Under the pieces are notes generated by a model that was not told the origin of the DNA, did not search any database, and saw only the letters and a program-made list of their open reading frames with translations. Below, piece by piece: positions 48,662-59,660 of a stretch of DNA of 64,000 bases; within the stretch, counting starts at the first letter, position 1, and each line of letters opens with the position of its first letter. Origin of the DNA: Marsupella aquatica (Eukaryota > Plantae > Marchantiophyta); NCBI GenBank assembly GCA_973895155.1, contig OZ316893.1:6209239-6273238 (forward strand), written 5' to 3'. Both the position numbers and the translations under genes were made by a program.

Positions 48662-48919
48662 TCCTCCCACAATCAGGGAAAACGAAAGGCTCAACGGACA
48701 GAATGTTGCTCCAAGAACACAACTCCCAAAACTCTACTCTCGATAATGACGCCAAAAACTTATCGGTGGTGGCCCTTTTATAGTGTCTGTTGAGGGGTTG
48801 GCCCACGTGTCCACTTTTGATTGGCTGTCACCCTAAACGACAAAATAGCAGAAAAGGGTATATTTCTTGGATTTCCAATTTCATTCTCACACGTGCATCG
48901 TCTAGAAGAAAACAGGGCC

Positions 48920-49720
48920 CTTTATGACCAATCACCCAATGACAGAGATGAATAAATGACCAAAAGTTTTAATGACACAAAAAGAATGACAGGGGAATGA
49001 CTGTCCACAATGACCAATAGACTGAAATGACAAAATGTTAATTTTTTCGTCATTTTGTATAATGTCTATAATGACTGATGCGACCAAAATGACCCAATTT
49101 CCCTAAATGGTCAATTTAGACACATGTCTTAAATGACACAATTAATAACAAAAATGATAAATCAGTGTTTAGCAACATTATAGTCACTCTTGACAATGAC
49201 TGAAATGACTAAAAATCTATTTGGATCATTTTGGACAACGGTGATAAATGACAAAAAATGTATTATCGTCATTTTAACCAACGGTGTTAAATGACAAAAT
49301 TTAGAGTCAATCTGAAAATGAGAATATATCAGTGTTTACAACAACATATTGTCATTATGGACTTCTGCCATAAATGACTAACTCTAGGGTCAATCTTGAA
49401 ATTAGGACATATCAGTGTTAACAAGAACATACCGTCATTATGGACTTCTCTCATAAATGACTAACTCCACACTCAATTTTGAAATTAGGATATATCGGTG
49501 TTTTCAACAACATACTATCATTATGGACTTGTCACATAAATGACTAAATATAGGGTCAATCTAAAAATCAGGATATATCAATGTTTACAATAACATACAG
49601 CCATTATGGACTTATTGCATAAATGACTACTTATAGAGTCATTAAAGAACCCAAGAGATATGAAGATTAAAATACTCAATAGTCATTCCAGACACCTATC
49701 ATAATTGTAGAGTCATACAC
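48920..49720. repeat. AATGAC/GTCATT-rich array including ~83-bp tandem units
   Basis: Many AATGAC in both orientations; units with GTCATTATGGACTT..CATAAATGAC at ~49290-49630. Confidence 0.85.
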
Positions 49721-49722
49721 CT

Positions 49723-50249
49723 AACAAGAAGCCTTAAGGGATGAGTCCAAAGCCTTATTTCTCTTTTCAAAATCTTCATGATATTAAAAAATGTATACCA
49801 AAAAACCACCAAAAAATGGTATGTATTTTCCAAACTAGACTCAAGAGAATTTTACCACCAAAATCTAAGCATATCTTATATGATATTCTCACAATTGTAT
49901 AAACCTTGAAATATGCACTTTATAAAAGTAATCAAAATCAAACTCATCGATCAGAGTTTAAGTCAAACTCAAAGTTTTACAAAATATAACCCAACTTAAG
50001 CCCAAGTGGTTTCAAATGCTACGAGTCCCTCTATTTATCTAGTCTAATCCAAAGGGACCGCTTCCCCTTCCTCGGTTCCGGAAGTCCCTGTCGTCAATTC
50101 TGGAACAATTGTGGCATCGTCAACCACACTATCCTCTCCGGCCTGAGGAATGTCTTCCTCACTCTCCTCATCCATCTCCCCCTGTCCGTCTTCCTCTTCA
50201 ATGTTATCTGCAAGGTTAAGAATCCTCCCTTTCAACACACTGCTCTGTC
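49723..50249 (-). repeat. Inverted duplicate of the 3' end of methyltransferase A (inversion breakpoint)
   Basis: Reverse complement of 12823-13349. Confidence 0.95.
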
Positions 50250-50265
50250 CACCCTTTACCACACT

Positions 50266-50799
50266 GATAGACAGGAACTGAGTCCAGAATCGTATGGCCA
50301 AACTGGAAAGGATCGTGTGCGACATTCAGAGGAGATAGCAGGTGACTAAGGAAAAAGCGAGAGAGCTGGGGTCGAAGCTGGCGCGTGGACTGAAGAACTG
50401 GTGCATTGCAAAGGATCGGCCCCCTTTTATACCCTGAGAGCTTGTCGATCGCCCGACGCCTCCTAGTCGTTTATAGGCCGAGCCTTTCACGCTCGTAGTG
50501 TACCAGCCCCTTCGCCGGTCCGGGTCAGCTCGTGCCAGTGGCCACCTCCCGGAGTTTGTTATACGGACCCGATGGAGGGGGAAAGGGGGCCCATTACACG
50601 CTTGCAACCCGGGCGTGCGAATGGCGACCCGTCGCCAGCCCGAACATGAATTCCCCTTATTGACTAATGATTTCCTACTCATAATGGCTACCTAAATACT
50701 GTCGTTATGCTAATAATAATGGCCTAAGATACCCCTAACGTGCGTGCTAAGCGCGGTTAGACCAAATCACTCATTACCCGCCGTACCGGCGGCGTCACA
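50266..50799 (-). mobile_element. 5' end of the LTR whose 3' end is at 34849
   Basis: TGTGAC terminus at 50799 flanked by GCCGT, the reverse complement of ACGGC at 34850-34854; includes MSHTILSS start. Confidence 0.88.
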
Positions 50800-51050
50800 G
50801 CCGTATCTTTGAAAATTAAGAAAGGCCTACTATGTTCAACATTATATCACTGTCAACAATCCAAAGTGGTGATCATGCTGCCATCTATGCTCTTTTGGAG
50901 GTGAAGTGGGGAGATTGTCGTTGTATCCATAAGGAGTTTGGAACCATCTTGGATGTGACTCCTGAAGAGATTCCTTGGGACGGAAAGGAGGAGGTGCAGC
51001 ATTACCCACCACTAGAGATGTGGACCACGGATGAGATCGAGAAACTATAA
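50800..51050 (+). pseudogene. 3' continuation of the FCP1-like gene
   Basis: Joining at the TSD gives EILWPYL*KLRKAYYVQHYITVNNP, a plausible end of this domain. Confidence 0.65.
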
Positions 51051-53080
51051 ATGCTATACTTGGAGACAACTATTCTGGTCCTCATAGACAAAATAGAAGG
51101 CATTTTATTTGGAAAGTTCTAAGAACTAGGGATCTCACCAATAAGTTTAAGAACCATCATGCGAGAGATACTTGCAACCGTGACATCCGCTATGATAAAT
51201 CAGGAAGCAGACTTTCTTGTTCAAATGAGTTTTGTCTTGATCATTAGGAGATAGGGTTGCTCTAGTGCCTACCCTAAATTGTGCATTCATATTATGTCAA
51301 AGGATATGTTTTGAACATGTAGGATAAAGTAAACAATTAGAATATGCTTAGTGTGAGGCTCATTGGACTGGACAATTTATTAATTATATTGTGGGTCAAT
51401 CTCATTATGACCCTTGATTTATCATCATAGATATTTTTTAATCTATGGTTTGAGTGGTATTGGCCTCTGATTTTTGGACTGAATCAAATTTACTTTAATT
51501 TATAAATTAATTAGAATATATGATTTAAGTTCTTATTAAACATTTGGGTGAAAAAAACAAAAATTTGGGCATTCAAAAGTGAATATTTGGGCTAAAAAAA
51601 TTTAATATTTGGGAATGATTTAAAAGAAATTTGGCCCGAAAAAAACAACTTTAGGGTTCATATTTTGGACTTTAAAAGTACAGTTTTAATGAATATAGTG
51701 ATAAAATAAAAGTCATCACGGTACACAACAATCCATCAAGGCCAGATTTTCTAAAGTTGATGTCACATGTTGATATTGATCAAGATTGAATGTTTTCAAT
51801 GGGAGCTTACATTGTGAATGGGCAGTGTGTCCTCCATTTAACAAAACTTGCAATTATACCTAAGGTAGCCCGACCAATGCAACATTTCTACCTGCATGCG
51901 CTCTCCAAAGTAACTTCCAAGGGATCAAAGGCGCATGTGGGTTGTTGAGATCCAAAAGGTTAATAAATGGATAAATATTGAGCATTTTTATTGATGGGGG
52001 TTTGTGTGCTACTCTGTCCAATTCAAAACAGGGAAAGAAATGAGTAAAGGGAGGAGGAAATGTCCCATGAAAGTCCTTTGATTCTTTTGTGAGCTGGTAT
52101 AAAAGCCCTTATGTGATAGGAGCAAAGTAATGAATAGGATAATTAATACTAGCCTGGACATAATAGAAATCTTACTATAAAAGTACCAACTTAAGTCTAC
52201 TTGTTACGTCGTCAGCCTGGGTCTTAACCCGAGCTTCGGCTTAGACAGGCATTCCTTCGTTAGTATGAGGGTTCGGGCAGGGAGGGAAGCACGGAATGCA
52301 CCTAAGTAACTAGTCCCATAAACTAGCGCTAAGTGCGTTACCTACGGACACTTCCTAGGTATGATTTGTGTTCCGCCGCCGGAACGTACCTTAGTCGATA
52401 GCGGGATCGACCCCGGCTTACGGGCTTCTAAGCCTTCGATTCGGATCCAATGATACGGGCACTCAACCCGGGCTTGCAACCACTTATCCGCAAGTTGCAC
52501 CCCGTGCACGGCTCGGGCAGTGCGTTTGGCCAAGCGTTGGCACCCATACACAAGATTCATACACACACACACCCACAAGCATACAATCTCGATTTACATG
52601 AAGGAAATAATGGGAAAGGATTTTACTACACGAGTCGACATACACTTACACTTGGTTAACCCGACAGCTCTTGAATGAACAGGTCCAAGGCCAAGGGGCG
52701 TACACTACAACAGAGCCCGGCTCCGCACTCGCCCAACAAGCTTAGTCGTACCCCCTCGCCTTGGTACTCTTTCACTCACAGAGGTCGGGACTCCCCGCAC
52801 ATACCGCGGATGTCCAACTCTAAGACTAAAAACCCCCTGCCTCTATCGAGGGGTGCACTAAATACTAAGGGCTGAGGACCGGAGTGGCCTCGTGCCCAAA
52901 TATTCACTAACTAAGATCCTAACTAAGTTGGCTGTCAGGCCGGAAAATGGCTTGTCTTATTAGAAGATTCTAATCTACGCAGGCTGGACAGTATGGCAGC
53001 GTTGCTTTTAACTAGGGCAGGCGCTTGTCCCTATAGCCTGATTTAGCTATTCCTAACTCTATTTTAATCCTACTCCGCCG

Positions 53081-56000
53081 CTAATGCCTGGCACGCTTGC
53101 CAGAGCCGCCCGAGTGGGAGCGGCTATCCTGTTGCCTTCTGAGTCTATCGGCATCCTGCTTGAGTAGCTGGACCTGGTCTAGCAGAGATTTGTTCTCTCG
53201 CTTTGCCGCGTCCGTCTCCTCCGCGGCTTCCTGGCATGCCTCCTCCAGTTGTTGGGCGTCGCTCGTCAGCTTATCCACCAATTGGGCCTGCTTCGTGGGT
53301 TCTCCTTGAAGCCGCACCACTTCCGCCTTTAGGGCATCAATCTTGGTCGTGTCCTGCTGGGCCCGAGCGTCGGCCTCCTCTACATCCTTTTGCCTGCTGA
53401 CGGCTTGCAATCAATCTGGGTCCGGAGTTGTGCGATCTCGGCGTTCTTTCCGAACCCGGCCTGCTCTGCTAAGGCTGCCCGGGCCCTAGCTTTGGTAACC
53501 TGATCCTCCGTGGCCGTTACCTGAGGTCGTAGTTGTTGGAGTTCAGACTCTAGGGCCACCACTTTGTCCTTCAGGTAGGCAGACTCAACCCGGTACCGCT
53601 CTATTCTCTGTGCAGTCTTAGCCTACGCATGACCTGCCTTCACGGCCGCAACCAACTCCTGGTTGAGAAGTAGGCCACCTTCCGTGCCATGTACTCCCCG
53701 ACATTCCATGCGATTTGTTGAGAGAAATCTCCCAACAACCCATTCAGAAACGTGCTCGGTGCAAAGAGTTCCGGATGGTCCAGACTATGCCCCTCCGGAT
53801 TTGGGCAAGGACAGACCCCAGCCCGTGCAGGAGTTGGAGTGGAGACATCCAGCCCTTGAGGTAAGTCGGTCAAGGGGGCTGGGTCCACTGAGGCTGGGCG
53901 GTTCTCTTGCACAACCGTGGGGGGTGGCAGGATCTCCTCGGCCACCGTAGTCTTGGGTTCGGGTTTGGCCTCTGCCGGTCCGGCTTCAATCGCGTTGACC
54001 TGGTTGATCGCATCCAAGCTCACGCCCTAGGCCCCCAGCATTATTAATAATGGGTTGGATGTGTGAACGGATGAAGGGTGCAAAAAATCTGATTTGAGAT
54101 TAATTTTTATAATTGGCTTAGAAATATCAAGGGATGGTTTTATTCAAAGAACCCTTTCTAACTAATATAGGCTTATATAAATGTCGCCCAAGTTAATATG
54201 CTTCAAGAGGTGATGTAATATGGATGTGACACGCGTCACAATAGGATTGGTCCTTGTGGCCACCCTTTATTGGAACATGTGTATATGACATATAATTATG
54301 CTTGCAACGTCTATGATTCAGAGTAGTTTAGGAATTTGGAGTTTTTTGAACCCTGACTACCTTGCCCTGTGGTTCAGAAATGCCCCAAAGTTGAAGTTTG
54401 GGGTTAAAGGGTCACGAACACAAAAATGTATGTACCCAAAACCCTTCCAAAACACTCCCGTCAGTTTTAGAACCGTTTGCACATGATGAATTTATAACTT
54501 TTAAGGCTTTCATAAATGGTGTAAAATGTGAAATTATAATATCTCAAAGGGGCAGATTTATTCTCCAAAATTAAGTTTTTAAGAATAACAAGAGAAATTT
54601 TTATAGGCTTCCAAAAATAATAAGGGGTACTAGGGAGGGGGGTGTACGCACGTATACCTCTTTAGTTTAAAAAGGCTGGGGGCCCAGGGGGTCGCGATAA
54701 CCGCGTCTACGGGGATGCTTGGCGGGGCGGCAGCGGCTGGGTGCGGGGCCAAGGTAGTAGGGCTTGTGGCTGCCAGACTTCAGGCCTCGGGCTGCGGTCG
54801 CCTCTCCTGAGCCGGGAATACCCACTTTGATGGGGTCAATTCGGGCTTGTTGATGCGGGGGAGGCTTTGGCGGTCAAAATGGGCATACCACTCAATGATG
54901 ATCTCGATGTGGCTCGCGAAGTACGCCTTTCCGCCAAGGTATAAAGTCTTCCGCTCCATCTCCTCGGGGAACTTCTTGACGAAGAAGGATTTCCACTTTC
55001 TAGGCCAATAGTTCTCCACCTGTATGACCTGGGCAGCGGATATTTTTCCCCGTGGTTCCATCATGTGGAGAGCATACCGCTGGAAGTCCAGGCGTTCTGC
55101 TACCTCCGAGATGAGGCATGTCCTCATCAAGAATCTGTTGTCCACTGCCCCCTTGGCCAGGAAGCTAGAGGACTGATATTTGGCTCCCTTGCCCCCAGAG
55201 CCCGCGACTCTACCCGGTTTATTCCTTCGGGTAGGCCGAAAATCATCTTCAGACGTGCCTCATTGAGACACATCACTCTCCCGTGCGCCCGGGTTTGCTG
55301 GCGGGCCTCGTCAAAGTTTTGAGTGAACTCCGTCATATCCTGCCCGTAGTACCTGCTTCCATTCCAAGGGAGAGAGGTGAGGTGCTCAAACCCTTGAGTC
55401 TTTAGGTAGCATGCATGCTTGCAATGGGGTGGAGGATGTTTTTGTGGACATTCTCCCCCATGCGATGCATGGTCAGTTTGGCCACCGCAACCGTGGCCAA
55501 AGGCAGCCCGGATACAGCTGTGGGTTCCTGTCTCTTCCTACCTCGGGACTGATTCCCGGGGTGACTTGAAGAGGGGGACATTTCCCCATCCTCCCTATAG
55601 GGTGGCGGTAGCGCTACCGCCGTGAATATTGGTGCGGGGGCTGCTACGGTCACCGTGTTATCCCCTTGGGCTTGTTGGAGGGGTGCTGGGTTGCTTGGCG
55701 TATGCTGATTTGCACCCTGCGGCCGCCGGTTGAGAGTAGGGTGAGCCTCCTTGTCTTTGGAGCTAATGTTCACCGCATTCATGTACCACGGATTGCACTC
55801 TGAGAGGGGGTGCGACCGGCGGTGGAGATTGGCTTGGCTGAGGCCGTGGCGGTGTTGGCGCAAATACCAATGAGTTGGCGCCGGTTGTAGCTGGAGGAGG
55901 CGCCATTAGATTTAGGAAGTCAAGTGATGTTAAGGTAGGAGTCTCGCTTGTTTGGGCCGGGCCGAACTGACAGTCTATCATGGAGGCTTGAACCCGGGCA

Positions 56001-56345
56001 GGGATATGGTCATAGTGGTGCGGCTGCAAGTCTATCATGCCCGGGAGATGGTAAACCTTGTCCGGAAGCCAAAGGAGCGCTTCCCGGAAGCTGACATACT
56101 TTTCATCGACAAAGAAGTACTCGCTGATTGTGTCGGCTCGGCAAAGCTCACTCTGGAATGGGAGGTCGAAGTTGCCGTTATAGTGATTACGGCCAGCTAA
56201 GCGGATGGCGCGCTCTCTTGTAAGCTCGTTCGGTCTCGTATCGGTGCAGGTTGACTTTGGCTAATGACTTGGCTAAGTGACTTCCCACGGATAGGAATTT
56301 CAGCCAAAATCAAAGGGCCAAATTGGACAATATCGTGACAGACAT
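53081..56345 (-). pseudogene. Decayed LTR-encoded accessory ORF in the solo LTR
   Basis: Fragments HRMGENVHKNILHP, ALHMMEPRG, CPCPNP, GKRARH*. Confidence 0.85.
54025..54689. mobile_element. Second copy of the 665-bp MITE
   Basis: Reverse complement of 44326-44990; TSD degenerate. Confidence 0.9.
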
Positions 56346-56542
56346 CCAGGGGTGACGGTGGGCGACTAAGGAGGGGCAAAGCGGCTGAGATCGAAGCTGG
56401 TGCGAGGAATGGAGTGTTGGTGCAATGCGAGAGAATGGCCCTCCTTTTATAATCTGAGGGCTCATTGGTCAACTGGCCCTCCTCCCTTCCTATAGGCCGA
56501 GCCTTTCACGCTCGCAGCGTACCGGTCACTCCTCGGGTCCGG

Positions 56543-56814
56543 CTCGGGGGGTTCACCTTATGAAATTGTTGTATACCATGTGCAAACGCCCCTATTTAAT
56601 CACTCTCTCAAAAAGGAATAGGAAGCTCAAAAAACCCATCAATCATTTATTGACATGTGGCAAGCAATGAATCATGTGATGACAAGTGGCACTTTTTGAA
56701 TTGTTACCCCCTTACTTACTTCCTCGCTACTTCTAAGTACTTCCCTAAAATGAATAAAATGCCCCTTACTTTGTTCGCACATGATGTCAACATTTGTGGA
56801 AGTGACCCCCCGAG
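56543..56814. mobile_element. 272-bp MITE with 8-bp TSD
   Basis: TIR CTCGGGGGGTTCAC / GTGACCCCCCGAG; TSD GGGTCCGG. Confidence 0.88.
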
Positions 56815-57907
56815 GGGTCCGGTTCAGAGCATGTCAGGGGCCGCCTCCGAGAATTTGTTATACGGACCCGAGGGGGCCCCCTTACACGCTCGTAATCTGG
56901 AAGTACGAATGGCGTTCCGCCTCCATCCCTATTGTAAATGCCCCTTATTAACTAATGATTCCCTAGTCATAAGTACTACCTACTTAGTGTCGTTATGCTA
57001 ATAACTACGGCCTATGGTGGCCCTAATGTGCGTGCTAAGCACGGGCTAGGCCGAATCAATCATTAACCGCCGTGCTGGCGGCGTCACACTACTTCTAAGA
57101 GCCTAGGTCTAGAGTGAAGCCTCTAGATCCTAACAACATGGCCATCATGTGCATGGAAAAACTCATGTGCATGGGAAAAACAACTAGTACATGCAAGTTT
57201 TTTGTGACAATTTATAAGTACTTACATTCAAAAAATGGGCACTATGGCCCCACCACAACATATATGCATAGAAAGAAGGATGTGCATACAAAGGAGAACG
57301 GTATATTATATATGACTACTAAAATGATGGAATTTTTTTTTATCATTTTCATTAACATTCAAACAATATGAATAGAAAATATATTTTTGTATCACTTTTA
57401 TTGTACTCTCCGCTATTCACGTTCAAAGAACGGGTAGTCGGGGCTAGTGAGCAAAATGATGAAACTATATTTGATAATAGCCAGAAATAATAGGAGGAGC
57501 AAGGTGAGGACACCAATAATTAATACAAGCTTGAAGATGATGGAAATGAGCAAATACGAATACCTGTGTGGGTATGCCCAGGAAGGGCTTCCCTTACTCA
57601 AACTCACATTCTGCCGGTCCTCACAAGCACAGCCAAAATCTTTGTTCCCCTTATCAAGAAGCCATCTGCATCACTTCGCTCCTTTCTATCGCTGTGGGGC
57701 TAGTATTGATCATTCCTTTGATCACTTTGCTACTTCCTATTTATTCTTCTTTTTATCACTTTGCTCCTTTCTATGATCTTGGGTATAGATAGTCATCCTT
57801 TCATTTGCTCCTTTCTATCGTCTTGGGGCTAGTATTAATTCCTCCTTTCATCACTTGCTCTTTTTCCATCATAGGTCAACCACAACTGCCCCTATAAAGG
57901 GCTAGGG

Positions 57908-58092
57908 GTAAAGTGCACAAGTTAATGGGCTTTGAACTCCACAAAAGATGATGAGTGTAAATCATTTATTTGGTAAGTGCTACACAAAAGGGTGGAGAAT
58001 TGTAAAGTGCACAAGTTAATGGGCTTTGAACTCCACAAAAGATGATGAGTGTAAATCATTTATTTGGTAAGTGCTACACAAAAGGGTGGAGA
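57908..58092. repeat. 94-bp tandem duplication
   Basis: GTAAAGTGCACAAG...GGGTGGAGA twice. Confidence 0.9.
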
Positions 58093-59059
58093 GTGTTCCA
58101 CCCTATATGGTGAGTAGTGATACGGGCTTTTATAGTGGCAGGTGTGGTTTAAGAGTTTTTAATGCTAGATCTAGCCGCTTGCAGCGGACAAGCCCCCGCT
58201 ACGAAAGAGCCTTCTCAAACGTTTGTGAAGCTTGAGCAAAGCCTGCAAATAGAACAAGACTGTCAGTGACGCCTGTCTTCAAAATGTCACCAGCGAGCTG
58301 GTCGACTTAGTTTCAATGGATTTTCAACACGTCTATGTGAGCGATTGCCGGTCCCAGCTCTTTCGAAACATTCACTTCAATTGAACCAGCTAGAAATTCT
58401 ATCCTGGCAATCTCTCGAACTACGAAGGCACGAAGCAGCAGCAGCAGCAACACTCACAGCCTGTTCAGAATCGTCAGGACCACAATTGTGTCATTTCATT
58501 CCAGAGCTCGATTCCACAGCCACCAATCGAATTACTGTCTCAGACCACGCTTCAGACCCTGTGCATTGAGGAAGCTTGCAAGAAATCGCGAAACACTTTG
58601 ACGACCTTTGCAAATTTCCTCGAAACAGGTGCAAAGATGCCAAACGGGACCCCAAATCTGGAACGGTCGTGCTACCACATGATTTTTCTGTAGCAGCTTA
58701 CTGTTGTCGTAACGCACACCCGAACGTACAGCTGTCGAAAAGTCGGTCCACAAGCGGGCAGGTATGTGCGGTTGACAGGGACGCACAAGAATCCTACGCA
58801 CTACAATCAGATTGAATGCTAAAGTGCAAAGTGCAGAGATATTATAGATGTGGAGCTCACTCATTCCCGTTCATTGCAGTCAACTTCGATAGCGAGCGAT
58901 TCCCGGGGCAGGAAGCTGCTCGAGCAGCACACATACTTTGGAGCGAAGGCATAGGCTACTAGGCTCCTAAGAAATTGGGGCTGACCCGCAATCCACAGCA
59001 AGACAGTGGCTTATTATTACATATATGTTGCTATTATTACATAAATGTTGTACATCCCG

Positions 59060-59660
59060 GAATCCCGCGAAAAGGTCGAGTTCCTTGAAAGCGCGGGAAT
59101 TTACAGAATTTAGTTTTCATCGTACTTTTTCCCGCCAAACAAACCTTTTGAGGGCTGAGTATTTGACTATGGATTGCTTCCGGAATTGCGGGACTTCACA
59201 GCGCTTCATGTTTAGCCGGTGGTTTTTACAGTTTCTATGCGTTGACAACTTACATTTGCTTTTCAACAGTTCTCCCGACGACTTTGGATTGTTTGCGAAT
59301 ACGCGGGATTTATCGGGCTTCAAGTTTCGACGTCGTTTGCTACCATTATGCGTTGACATCTCGCCGTTTGCTCTTAAACAGGTTTTCCCAAGACTTTGGT
59401 TTATTCCCAAAACGCGGGATTTACAGGCTTTCATGCTTAGACGCATTTCTTTTGGTTGTCACAGATGTTAGGCGTTGACATCTTACTTTCTGCTCTGATC
59501 CATTTTTTTCAGAAGCTAAGGATTTGACTTTGAGTTCTTTCTGAAGGCGCGGGATTCACGTTTAGTTCTCTCTTTCTCGGAACATCCTGTTCGTTGACCT
59601 CTCAATTGTTTCTAATGCAAAATTTTCATTCCAGATGAGGATTCTGAACGCGCAAGATTT
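59060..59660. repeat. Degenerate ~110-130-bp tandem units with GCGGGA and CGTTGAC
   Basis: Alternating motifs repeated 4-5 times. Confidence 0.55.

Larger units (their letters stand above)
52202..57088 (-). mobile_element. Solo LTR (family 1b), ~3.95 kb after removing two MITEs
   Basis: TSD CTACT at 52197-52201 and 57089-57093; TGT..ACA termini; colinear with 6485-10493; no gag or pol. Confidence 0.93.

Noticed and set aside
12823-50249. Inverted MTase A copies as long gene-containing terminal inverted repeats
   Set aside because: The swapped TSD (ACGGC/GCCGT) and the split FCP1-like gene explain them as an inversion-breakpoint duplication
50044-50325. 93-aa ORF fusing the LTR-ORF start to the MTase A tail
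   Set aside because: Chance in-frame product of the inversion junction
57114-59478. Short ORFs as host genes
   Set aside because: No recognisable domains or consistent exon chain
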